A stretch of DNA of 64,000 nt from Hypanus sabinus (lineage: Eukaryota): the NCBI RefSeq assembly GCF_030144855.1, contig NC_082723.1:25668001-25732000 (forward strand), written 5' to 3'. The translations under genes and the position numbers were made by a program. Shown in pieces: positions 50,101 to 61,445 of this stretch (the stretch's first letter is position 1; each line of letters starts with the position of its first letter). The notes under the pieces were generated by a model. That model saw only the letters and a program-made list of their open reading frames with translations. It had not been told where the DNA came from and made no database searches.

Positions 50101-51329
50101 ATTATTAGAAATATGATAAAGCTCGTTCTGTAATTACCTGTGGGGAGCCATTTAACAACAGGCAAGTTCATCAGAATCCATAAATTCCAGAGCCCGACCC
50201 CAGAAGCTTATCAGAGTCCCCCGTTTGTATTGTCAGCTGCACAGACTCTCTTGTTACTGTTCTAAACTCCTCTGACATGACAGAACCCGAACAAAATGCG
50301 CGTGTCATCTCTCGTTGACTTTTTCCAGCTCTCTCATTTGATTAGACAAACAGGCCTTGAGCTGCTGAATGAAAAATAATGCACCCATTTATTCAATCTT
50401 TCTTACTAGTCACAATAGATTTTATGGTACAAGTCAGTTCACTCCCACTGGTACTATAAGCTTATAGGATTAATACAGCCAAACATTCTCAGCTTCATTC
50501 TGTGCTGTAATGGGATTGCACAGTGTACCCTGAATAAAACTAGGAATGGTCACCTGTGATTGGTACCAGTTCACACGTATTACCTACACTCATTTTGCCT
50601 TTTTATTCCTAATGAATTTCCCAGAGGTCTCGGGGAGTGAGATGGAACGTGGTACATTGTTCAAACTGGCTTCTAGGCCGTACGCATTTACAGGGTGACT
50701 GTAATCAATTGACACTGCGGCTCCAGTGTAACAGAGCACTAAGTGGAAGAGTCAGGCCACGTCCTCCCTACACAGCCCACCACAAGAAGTCTGCCTGGTC
50801 ATGGACAGGGATTCCGCTGGCACAACTCTCAGCAGGAATCCTGCATCAGTCATAAGAACAAAATTAGGACATTCAGCCCATCGAATCTGCTCCGTCATTC
50901 AATCACAGCTGTGTTTTTTCTTCAGCTTCATTCTCCAGCTGCCTCCCACAGATGCTGTGCAGGCCAAGTCATTGGGTATAGTTAAAATGGAGGTTTATAG
51001 GCTCTTGATTATTAAGGGTGTCAAAGGTTACAGGGAGAAGACAGGAGAATGGGGTTGAGAGGGATAATAAATCAGCCATGACTGAATGACAGAGCAGACA
51101 TGATGGAAAAATGGCCTATTTCTGTTCCCAAATCTTATTGGCTTATGGTCTTGTAAACCTTAACTCCCTTACCAATCAAGAACCTTTCAGTCTCTGTCCT
51201 AAGTATACCAGAAGACAATAAGATACAGGAGCATAATTAGGCCATTTGGCCCATTGAATCTGTTCCACGATTTCATCATGGCTGATGCAATTTTCCTCTC
51301 AGCCCCAGTCTCCCACCTTCTCCCCATAT

Positions 51330-54095
51330 CGCTTCATGCCCTGACCAGTCAAAAATCTGTCAACCTCTGCCTTAAATATGCATAAAGACTTAACCTCCAC
51401 AACTGCCTGAGGCAAAGAATACCACAGATTTACCACTCTCTAGCTAAAGAAATTCCTCTTCACCTCCATTCTAAAAGGACACCCCTTTATTCTGAGACTG
51501 TGTCCCCTGGTCTTAGACTCTCCCACCATAAGAAACATCCTCGCCACATCCACTCTATCAAGGCCTTTCACCATTTAATATGTTTCAATGAGGTCACCCC
51601 GCATTCTTCTGAATTCCAGTGAATAAAGACCCAGAGCTATCAAACACTCTTCATTTGACAAGCTATTAAATCCTGGAATCATTTTTGTGAACTTCCCTTG
51701 AACCCTCTCAAGTTTCAGCACATTCTTTCTAAGATAAGGGACCCAAAACTGTTCACAATACTCCAAGTGAGGCCTCACCAGTGCTTTATAAGGTCTCATC
51801 CCTGCTTTTATATTCTAATCCTCTTGAAATGAATGCTAGCATTACATTTGCCTTCCTAACCCCAGGCTCAACGTGAAATTAACCTTTCGGGAATCCTGCA
51901 GAAGAACTCCCAAGTCACTTTGCACCTCAGTTTTTGGTATTTTCTCTCCATTTTAAAAATATTTTACCCTGTTGTTGCTTATACCAAACTGCATGACCGT
52001 ACACTTCCCAACACTGTATTCCATCTGCCATTTCTTTGCCCATTCTCCTAACCTGTCTGAATCATTCTGCAGCCTCTCTCTCAAAACTACCTGACCCTCC
52101 ATCTATCTTCATATCATCTGCAAACTTTGCAACAAAGCCATCAATTCCATCATCCAAATCACTGATGTATAACATAAAAATAATCAGTCCCAACACAGAC
52201 CCCTGGGAAACACCGCTAGTCATCGGCAGCCAGCCAGAAAAGGTTCCCTTTATTCCCAACCTTTGCCTCCTGCCAAACAGCCACTGCTTTATCCATGCTA
52301 GAATTTTTCCTGTAATACCATGGGCTTGTAGTTTGTTAAGCATCCTCATCCGTGGTGCCTTGTGAAAGACCTTCTGAAAATCCAAGTACATCAACCAATT
52401 CTCCTTTGTCTATCCTGCTTGTTATTTCTTCAAAGAATTCCAATATGTTTGTCAGGCAAGATTCTCCCTTGAGGAAATCATGCTGACTACAGGCTGTTTT
52501 ATCACGTGGCTCTAAGAACCCTGAGACTTCATCCTTAACAATCGACTCCAACATCTTCCCAGCCACTGCAGTCTGACTATCTGTCCTATAATTTCCTCTC
52601 TCCCTTCTTGAAGAGTGCAATGACATTTGCAATTTTCCAGCCTTTCAGAATCATTCCAGAACCTAGAGATTCTTGAAAGATCATGACTAATGCCTCCACA
52701 ACCTCTTCAGCCATCACTTTCAGAACCCTGGGGTGTACACCATTTGGTCTAGGTGACCTATCTACCTTCAGACCTTTCAGTTTCCTCAAGAACCTTCTCT
52801 CTAGCTATGGTAGCCTTCACATACATTATAACCCTGACACCTGGAATTCTACCATACTGCTAGTGTCTTCCACAGTGAAGGCTGATGCAAAATACTTATT
52901 CACTTTGTCTGCTATTTCATTGTTCCCCATTACTACCTCTCCAGCATCATTTTCCAGCAGTCCGATATCCACACTTATCTCTCTCTTACACTTTATGCAT
53001 CTGAAGAAACTTTTGGTATCCTCTTTAATATTATTGGCTAGCTTACTTTCATATTCCATCTTTACCTTTTTAATGACTTTTTTTAGTTGTCTATTGTTGG
53101 TTTTTAAAAGTTTCCCAATCCTCTAACTTCCCATTAATTTTTGCTCTATTATATGCCCTCTCTTTAGCTTTTATGTTGGCTTTGACTTCTCTTGTTAGCC
53201 ACAGTTGTGTCGTCTTTAGAATAATTCTTCTTCTTTGGAATGTATATATCCTGTGCCTTCCACATTGCTTCCAGAAATTCCAGCCTTTGCTGCTCTGCAG
53301 TCATCCCTGCCAGGGTTCTTTTCCAATCAATTCTGGTGAACTTCTCTCATGCCTCTGTAATTCCATTTACTCCACTGTAATACTGATACATTTGACTTTA
53401 GCTTCTCCTTCTCAAATTTCAGGATGAATTCGATCAAAATATGATCACTTGCTCCTAAGAATTCTTTTACTTTGTGCTCGCTAATCAATTCTGGTTCATT
53501 TCACAGCACCCAATCCAGAATATCTGATCCTCTAGTTGCTCAACCATGAGCTGATCTAAAAAGCCATCTCATAGGCACTGTAGAAATTCCCTCTCCTAAA
53601 TACCAGCACCAACCTGATTTTCCCAGTCTACCTGCATATTGAAGTCCCCCATAACTATTGTAACATTGCCCTTTTGCCATGCATTTTCTATCTCTCATTG
53701 TAATTTGTAGGCCACATCTTTACTACTGTTTGGGGGTCTTATTACCCTTGCAGTTCCTTAGCTCACTAGACAAGATTCAACACCTTCCGACCCTATGTCA
53801 CTTCTTTCAAAGGACTTGATTTCAATTTTTACTAATAGAGCATGTCCACCCACTTTGCCTTCCTGCCTGTCCTTTGGACATTAAGCTGCCAGCTATAATT
53901 TTCTTTTAGCCATGATTCCATGATGTCTACAAAATCACACCTGCCAATCTGCAACTGTGCTGCAAGTTCATTTACCTTATTCTGTATACTGCAGGCATTC
54001 AAATCAACACCTTCAGTCCTGGAGTCACCCTTTTCAGTTTTGTCTGCCTTTTTACGCTGCAGCTCATCCTGATGACTGCAATGTTGCCCTGTCAT
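51330..54095 (-). pseudogene. CR1 ORF2 (APE-RT), disrupted
   Basis: Consecutive ORF fragments 53832-54095, 52826-53059, 52586-52789, 52062-52632 and 51575-51799 carry CR1 APE/RT motifs. Confidence 0.88.
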
Positions 54096-54154
54096 CAGCC
54101 TCTCCTCACTACGTATTGCCTGCTTGTAAACCAGCTACCTCATCTTCAGCAATA

Positions 54155-55248
54155 TCATCCACCTTTCTTACAAAACTTCTTGCATTGAAATATACATAGG
54201 CAGCTCAGGACATGAGTCACACCATGCTCAATCTTTTGATTCCTAACTTTGTCTGAGGTCTTACCAACATCTGCCTCCGCAACCTCTCCACTAACTGTTC
54301 TGGCACTCTGGTTCTCATCCCCCTGCAACTCTAGTTTAAACCACACCATGCAGTATTAACAAACTTTCCTGCTAGGATATTAGTCCCCCTCCAGTTCAGG
54401 TGCAAACTATCCTTTCTGTACAGGTCTCACCTTCCCTGAAAGAGAGCCCAGTGATACAAAAATCTTATGCTCTTCTTCCTACACCAACTCCTTAGCCGCG
54501 TATTAAACTGCATAATCTTCCTAGTTCTGGCCTCACTAGCACATGACACGGGTTGCAATCCTGAGATCACAACCCTGGAGGTCCTGCCTTTTAACTTAGC
54601 ACCTAACTCCCTGAATTCCCTATGCAGAACCTTGTCACTCGTCCTACCTACGTCACTGGTACCTACATGGACTATGACCTCTGGCTGTTCACCCTCCCAC
54701 TTAAGAATACTGAGGACTCGATCTGAGATATCCCAGACTCTGGCACCAGGAGGCAACATACCATTCAGGAATCTTGTTCTCGCCCACAGAAACTCCTGTC
54801 CGTTTTCCTAATGAATCTCCTATCACCACAGTGTGCCTCTTCTCCCCTTCTCCTTCTGAGTCATTGAAACAGACCCAGTGCCAGAGATTCAACCACTGTG
54901 ACTTTCCTCTATTAGGTCATCCCTCCAGGCAGTATCCAAAGTGATATGCCTGTTATTGAGGGGAATGGCCACTGGGGTACTCTGCACTGGCTCCTTAACC
55001 CCTCTCCCCTTTCTGACTGTCACCCAGTTTCCTGTGTCCTGCACCTTGTGTGTAACTTCCTCTCTATATGTCCTATCCATCACCCCTTCGGCCTCCTGAA
55101 TGATCCAGAGTTCATCCAGTTCCAGCTCCAGCTCCTTAATATGATTTGATAGAAGCTGCAGCTGGATGCACTTCTTGCAGTTGTAGTCGTCAGGGACACT
55201 GCCTTCCCACATGCCACAAGAGAAGCATCCAACTATCCTGTTTGGCAT
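54155..55248 (-). pseudogene. CR1 ORF1 (zinc finger/leucine zipper plus SGNH esterase), frameshifted
   Basis: CFSCGMWEG..CKKCIQLQLLSNHIKELELEL; TVVIGDSL; LPPGARV.DI..PEVIVHVGTSD. Confidence 0.85.
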
Positions 55249-55431
55249 CTCTACTGTCGAAGCAGGTATAAAGAAGGGAAGGGATAAAAAGACTTTCTCT
55301 GACTGAAGCCTCTCAGAGCTAAAGCTTCAAGATCACCACTCTGACTCTGCCCACTCAGAATACAGCCATTGCACTTGCCCCTGCCTCCCTTTAATTTGCT
55401 CTTGCTAATCAATCCTATACGCCAATTGGTC

Positions 55432-55743
55432 GCTGGTCAAATCGCTTTTTGCTGTTGTGACCCGCTCCTGTCTTTTGCACTCAGGCAGTGACCCTGATTG
55501 AAGACCCCTCTATCAAAACTCCCAGTCCAGGGCTGCTGGTCAAAGCTCCTTTTCGCTGTACTGACCTGCTACTGCCATTTTTCCTTGGGCAGCAGACCTG
55601 ATTGAAGACCCCTCTCTCAAAACACCCAATGTCCAGGGCTGCTGGTCAAAGCTCCTTTTCGCTGTAGTGACCCGCTCCTGCCTTCTGCACTCAGGCAGTG
55701 ACCCTGATTGAAGTCCCTTCCTCTCAAAACTTCCAATGTCCAG
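55432..55743. repeat. Three tandem ~104-bp monomers in the CR1 5' UTR
   Basis: GCTGGTCAAA recurs at 55432, 55535 and 55641, and CTGATTGAAG.CCC..TCAAAAC recurs in each unit. Confidence 0.85.
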
Positions 55744-55940
55744 ATTGACCATTGGTCAGAGCCCTACCCAGTGATTTGGCCTCCACAGCCATCTGTGGCA
55801 ATGAATTCCACAGATTCACCATCCTCTGGCTGAAGAAATTCCTCCACATTTCTATTTTAAAGGCTTTCAGAAACTTTGCTCTCTGGTCCTAGACTCCCCC
55901 ATTATTGGAAACATCCTCTCCACTTCCACTCTATCTAGGC

Positions 55941-56683
55941 CAGGGGTCGGCAACGTTTACCACTGAAAGAGCCATATGGACCCGTTTCCCACAGAAAAGA
56001 AAACACTGGGAGCCACAAAACCCGTTTGACATTTAAAATGAAATAACACTGCATCCAACGGGTTTTTTTTGCCTTTATGCTATGTATAAACAAACTATAA
56101 TGTGTTGCATTTATGAAATTGATGAACTCCTGCAGAGAAAACAAAATTACATTTCTGCATGCAACAAAAACATTTTGAACTCCGAAAAAAAGACGTTGGG
56201 TTGAAGGTTACTCCATAGTTAGCCTACCTTGGATCAAAGAATTAAAAGAAATCGCGCACTGGCGGGTGTCAGGCATTGGCAGTGGTGATGTATATTAATA
56301 GCGATAAAAAAACACATTGTAGCGGTGTGCTACACGCAGCGCTAAAATAATGACACTGCAGTCAAAGATAACTTTATTCGAACTAAACAGCCTTGCTTTA
56401 AAGCCTCCCTCAACCCGCCCCCCCCGTGGGCGCGAATGCTCCAAAAGACACGTACTCACAAACCCCCGCAGGCTATCTCCCTTAGCCAGAACGGTGGCTA
56501 ATTGTGAGCCGGTTCGGATGTGCCAGGAAATGGGGTCGCCTCAACATTTTATTTAGATTGTACAAGATCACCATAATCTTCAAATTTCAAATTACATTTC
56601 AAAAACTAACAAACCACGGGGAGCCGCAGCACAGAGATGAAAGAGTCGCATGCGGCTCCGGAGCCGTGGGTTGCCGACCCCTG
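55941..56683. mobile_element. Young non-autonomous hAT element (743 bp)
   Basis: Perfect 14-bp TIRs CAGGGGTCGGCAAC and a perfect 8-bp TSD ATCTAGGC (55933-55940 and 56684-56691). Confidence 0.95.
56318..56543 (-). mobile_element. Putative short solo LTR (Gypsy-like) nested in the hAT element
   Basis: TGTAGCG...CGCCTCA termini, 4-bp TSD ACAT (56314-56317 and 56544-56547), AATAAA on the minus strand, and a GC shift relative to the flanks. Confidence 0.65.
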
Positions 56684-57300
56684 ATCTAGGCCTTTCAGTA
56701 TTCAGTCGGTTTCAATGAAATCAAAGTTAAAAATAAATTTACTATCAAAGTACATATATATCACCATATACATTCCTGTGGTTCAATTTCTTGCAGCCAT
56801 TCATAGTAAATACTAAGAAACAAAATAATAATGTCTGTTAAGAACAAGCTAGACCAAGACAATCTACAGTCATGCTGCTCAGGGATTTAGGCTATATTTT
56901 TTTTTCTGTGTGACTGTATGTTTTTCTGAAATCATAACCATACAGTATGTGCTATTTCTGCTATGTGCTTTTGCTGTGTGCTGCTGGTAATGTGATATGC
57001 ACTTGGCTCCAGGAGAATGCTGTTTCCTTTGGCTCCATTCATGTGTGGTTGAATGATACTTGAACTTGAAGGGTGCAGTTCTGCTTGCTTAGCTATGGGA
57101 AAGGATGGGCGGCAGAGTTGCGTCACAGATGGCCCCACACTTTACAGTGCCAGTGATCAGTAACCGGGTGTCAGTTCCTGCCGCTCTCTGCAAGGAGTTT
57201 CTCCCTGTGACAGCGTGGGTTTCCTCCCACATTCCAAAGTGTATGGGTTAGGGGTAGGAAGCCACAGGCATGCTGGTGTACTTCACTGTGTGTTTCTATG

Positions 57301-57803
57301 TACAGCACTGTGCACACATATATAGCTAAGGTGCCTAAGACTTCTGCATGAAACTGTAGTAATTTTATGTATTGCACTATACTGCTGCCGTAAAAAAAAA
57401 CAAATTTCATTACGTATGTGAGTGGTGATAAATATGATTCTGATATGGGTCTCTAGTGTGGACTGAGAGTAGGAAGGGGGCAGGGAGAGGGGAATCATAG
57501 TTGGGAAAAGGGAAGGGAGAGGGGAGGGAGCAGGAAGCACCAGAGAGACACCCCATACTGATCAATAAACTAATTGTTCGGAATCAAATGACCTTGCCTG
57601 GAGTCTTGGGACTGGGAGTGTCTGTACTAATGCCACCCCCCCCCCCCACCCCCGGCCCTGGCATTCCTCTCCCATCTGTCCCGCACCCTTCCCGCGGTGC
57701 TCCACCCTCACCATTCTCAACAAGATTTGCTCCTGCCTGATTTACAAACTCGCTGTCTGCTTAGGCACCCTAGTGCCTAAGAAAGACTTTTTCATGGTAC
57801 TGT
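57301..57803. mobile_element. Composite Tc1-type MITE
   Basis: Inverted homologue of 20300-20755. Confidence 0.65.
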
Positions 57804-58031
57804 ACGAGAACAAGTAAGACTAATCTTTAAAAATCTTTAAACTGGAAAGATGAAAGAGAAGGTTCAGGAGAATGTTACCAGCCCTGGCAATGGTTTTGGT
57901 TCATTGTATCGAAACACAGTGAAAAGCTTGTCTTGCATACTGTTCATACAGATCTAATCAGTGCACAGTGCATTCAGGTAGAACATTAACAATGCAGAAT
58001 AAAGTGAAACAGTTACAGAGAAAGTGCAGTG

Positions 58032-58368
58032 TGGGGTTTTTTTCGGTCCTTTGCTTTCAGCTCCTTTTTTTTGGTAGTAGGCATTATTATCTTCTGTTGC
58101 TAAGTGTATTTACAGTTTTGGGGGTTTGAATGTCCTGATTTATACTCTCTATATTGTGTTGTGGTTGGTCTGGAGTTCTTTTTCATTGCGGGGCTCGGGG
58201 AGGATACTAATTTTACATGTCTTCAATTTGGGTGCTTTCTCAATTATCTTCTTTTGTATTATTATTATTGTATGTTTATTTTTGCACTGTATTAATGTTC
58301 TTCATTTCGATCTGGGTTTTTTTTATCAGTAGTGATGTAGAAAATGTATAAAAAAACTAATAAAAAAA
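58032..58368 (+). mobile_element. 5'-truncated L1-type insertion with poly(A) tail
   Basis: T-rich body, AATAAA-A(n) tail and TSD AGAAAGTGCAGTG (58019-58031 and 58369-58381). Confidence 0.75.
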
Positions 58369-59424
58369 AGAAAGTGCAGTGCGGGTAGACAAATTGCAAG
58401 ATCACAGTGAGGTAGTTAGACCAGTGCAACGTACACAGATGCTGGAGAAACTCAGCAAGTCAGGCAGCACCTATAGAGGGGAATAAACAGCTGACGATTC
58501 ACCTGATACATTGACTGTTTATTCCCCTCCGTAGGTGCTGCCTGACTAGCTGAGTTCCTTCAGTATTTTGTGCGTTACGCTCAAGTTTTCCAGCATCTGA
58601 ATATCATTCATGTTTAAGATTACACCGGAGAGCTTGAGTTGTAAGGGGAGGTTGGATAGGTTGGGACTTTGTTTCCCTGGAGTGTAGGAGGCCGAGGGAT
58701 AACCCTCATACAGGTTTATAAAATCAAAAGGGTCGCTGACTTTTCCCTTGTGTGGGGAACAAGACAGTGCAGGTTTAAGGTCAGAAGGGAGAGGTTCCTG
58801 GATGCCCTTCTCCACACTGAATTCTGATCACATGGAACACCTATTTAAACCATCATCTGAACTATAGAGTTAACACCTGATGGCCATAAAATAACTTCAG
58901 CTGTAGAGCTGAAGGCGTTGAGACTGGTTGGCCTCTGTGTCTCTCTCACCTGCCTCCCTAACCCCTTCCCCCACCCGTCCTCAAGCTTGGCTGAGCCATA
59001 CAGCTTGCCTCACACTGCTTGCTGTCTCAGCAGGGGCCCGACACGACCTGCACTGGATATGTGTCAGGAGTTCACTGTCATGGGCTTGACGAGAAGTCCT
59101 CCTCGCCTGAACTTTGGGAGTCTGGTGGGAGAGCCTCCGGACTCACTGCTGTCAGAGACCTCCGCCATCAGACCCCTGTGGCCTGTGCGGGGACGGCGGA
59201 ATGGAAGGAGTCGCTTCATCATCTGCTGCCACACACACTGAGCACAGACACGTCTTTGTCAGGACATGGAGAAGTTAAATCCAGCTTCTCTAACTGAAGC
59301 CAGACACACAGCATCTGAAGGGGAGGGAAGAAGGAACTGCCAGTGTTTCTGGTCGAAGCCCAGAAGGTGCAGTGGGAAGATGTCCAGTTCTCACTTACAA
59401 GGACTCTTCATCTCATGTCCTCAT

Positions 59425-59616
59425 TTGTCATTCCTCTCCGCGCCTTGTGGCATCCTTGCCACATCTTTGACCTTTGTCTGTTTTTTATGAGGTCGAGTTG
59501 CCAGCTCGATGCTCAGCTCAACACAGATGGAAGGCGTGCAAGGACCCAGCCGGATTTGAACCCGGGACCACTCGCCTTGAAGTCCGGTGCCGATGCCACT
59601 ACACCACCAGCCGGCT
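59425..59616 (-). mobile_element. tRNA-derived SINE (non-V family)
   Basis: The minus strand has A box TGGTGTAGTGG and B box GGTTCAAATCC, followed by a non-tRNA body. Confidence 0.7.
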
Positions 59617-59629
59617 AATGCTCTCAATA

Positions 59630-60610
59630 TTTATTCATTATTTATTTATTATGACTTCTGTGTTTTCTTTTTGTATTTGCGCAGTTTTGGTGTCTTTTGA
59701 ACACAGGCTGTCTGCTCTGTTGTTGTGGTCTTTCATTGATTCTGTTATGGTTATGAGTATGCCTGCGAGAAAATGAATCTCAGGATTGTATATCGTGACA
59801 TATATGAGGCTTGGTAATAAATTAACTTTGAACTTTGAAAGGGGAGAGGAGGACTGGTGAGACAGGCAAAGCCCTCCACACCACTGAGCACATTTACAAG
59901 GAGGGCTGCCAAGAGAAAGCAGTCGGCATAACAGAATCAATGAAAGACCGCACTCACTCGGGTGTTCAAACAGTGTGCAAAAGACAGCAAACTTAAAAGT
60001 GAGTCCACAGGTTGTGGGAACATTTCTGTGATGGAGCAAGTGAAGTTATCCCACTGGTTCAAGAGCCTGATGGTTGGGGGTTAGTAATTGTTCCTGAACA
60101 TATTGTTGTGGGTCCTGAGGCTCCTGTACTTTCTTCCTGATGGCAGCAGCGAGAAGAGAGCATGACCTGGGTAGTGGAGGTCCCTGATTATGGATGCTCT
60201 TTCCTATGACAGTGGCTCATGTAGATGTGCTCAGTGGTGGGAAGGACTTTACCCGTGATGGAAGAATACGTACACAACGCTGGAAGAACTCAGCAAGCCA
60301 GGCAGCATCCGTGAGAAAAGAGTAGCCAACATTTCGGGCCAAGACCCTTCATCAGGAATGACACGAAACGTTGGCTACTCTTTTCTTACGAATACTGCCT
60401 GGCTTGCTGAGTTCTTCCAGCGTTGTGTACGTATTCTTTGATCCACAGCATCTGCAGTTGTATTTTTGTGTTTTTACCCGTGATGGACTGGGTTGTATGC
60501 ACTACTTTTTGGAGGATTTTCTATTTAAGGGCATTGGTGTTTCCACACCAGGCTACAATCCAGACAGGCAATATACTCTCCACCACACATCTATAGAAGT
60601 TTGTCAAAGA
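59630..60610. mobile_element. Rex1/Babar fragments on both strands, with a palindromic Penelope-derived insert (about 60263-60475)
   Basis: Family homology within the window. TTTACCCGTGATGGA is duplicated around the insert. Confidence 0.75.
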
Positions 60611-61169
60611 TACATAGGTAGGCACTTGGATGATAGAGAAATGAAGGGGTCTTTGGGAGGTGGGAAGGGTTGGATTGATCTTGAAGTAGGATAAAGGATT
60701 AGCACAACATTGTGGGCCAAAAGGCCTGTACTGTGCTGTAGTGTTCTATGTTCTAAGTATGGTCTGGTGCTTTGTAGAATGAATGTATTAACTGGATGGC
60801 CTCAACGTACACACACAATGACACTGAGGGAAGGAAAGCGACGTGCAGTTTTGTATTTTTGTGTATATTTTTATGAATTAAGTTTATTTTTGAAATAAGA
60901 ACATTTCAGGTATCATTTTCTTGTTCTAGCATCTGAAGCTTCTAGGGTTTTGATTTTGTTCATTTTTACTAAACAGTTTAACGCTTGCACAGAAATAATT
61001 TATCTTGAGCAGCACGGTGAAATCATAGACTGGCATACAGTCAATAGTCAATAATTATATCACACCACACACAAAGGCTCTTTGTTGAAAGACTCTTTCC
61101 TCACATTGTGTTAAAAACCTGCCAGTGTTGAGGAGCAAGTTGCTGATTACCGTGTTTCCCACACAGTTC

Positions 61170-61445
61170 TTGGCATGGTAGCTTAGTGGTTAGCACAACG
61201 CTTTACAGTAGCAGCAAGCCAGGTTCAATTCCTGTCACTGCCTGTAAGGAGTTTGTACGTTCTCCCCGTGACTGCATGAGTTTCCTCCTGGTGCTTCAGT
61301 TTCCTCACTGGTTGGTAAGTTAATTGAATGTTGTAAATTGTCCCATGGTTAGGCCAGGATTAAATCAGGAATTGCCGGGTAGCATGGCTTGAAGGACCAG
61401 AGAGGCCTATTCAATGCTGTATCTTAATCGGTAAAATCAATAAAT
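61170..61445 (+). mobile_element. V-SINE/HE1-like SINE
   Basis: TAGCTTAGTGG A box, GGTTCAATTCC B box and V-domain. Further copies at about 62050-62375 (-), 62650-62925 and 63280-63575. Confidence 0.75.

Larger units (their letters stand above)
51210..55766 (-). mobile_element. Near full-length CR1 LINE (defective) with 5' UTR, ORF1 and ORF2
   Basis: ORF1 has CxxC/CxxC plus a leucine zipper and a GDSL esterase. ORF2 has APE (LNACSIQNKVNEL) and RT (YLDFQK.F, SGVSQGSVLG, KFADD). It splits an older CR1 copy. Confidence 0.93.

Noticed and set aside
55432-55743. CRISPR-like array
   Set aside because: Eukaryotic context, and the units repeat along their whole length with no unique spacers. It is a LINE 5' UTR.
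59540-59616. tRNA gene
   Set aside because: A and B boxes are present, but the anticodon stem is imperfect and the sequence continues into a SINE body.
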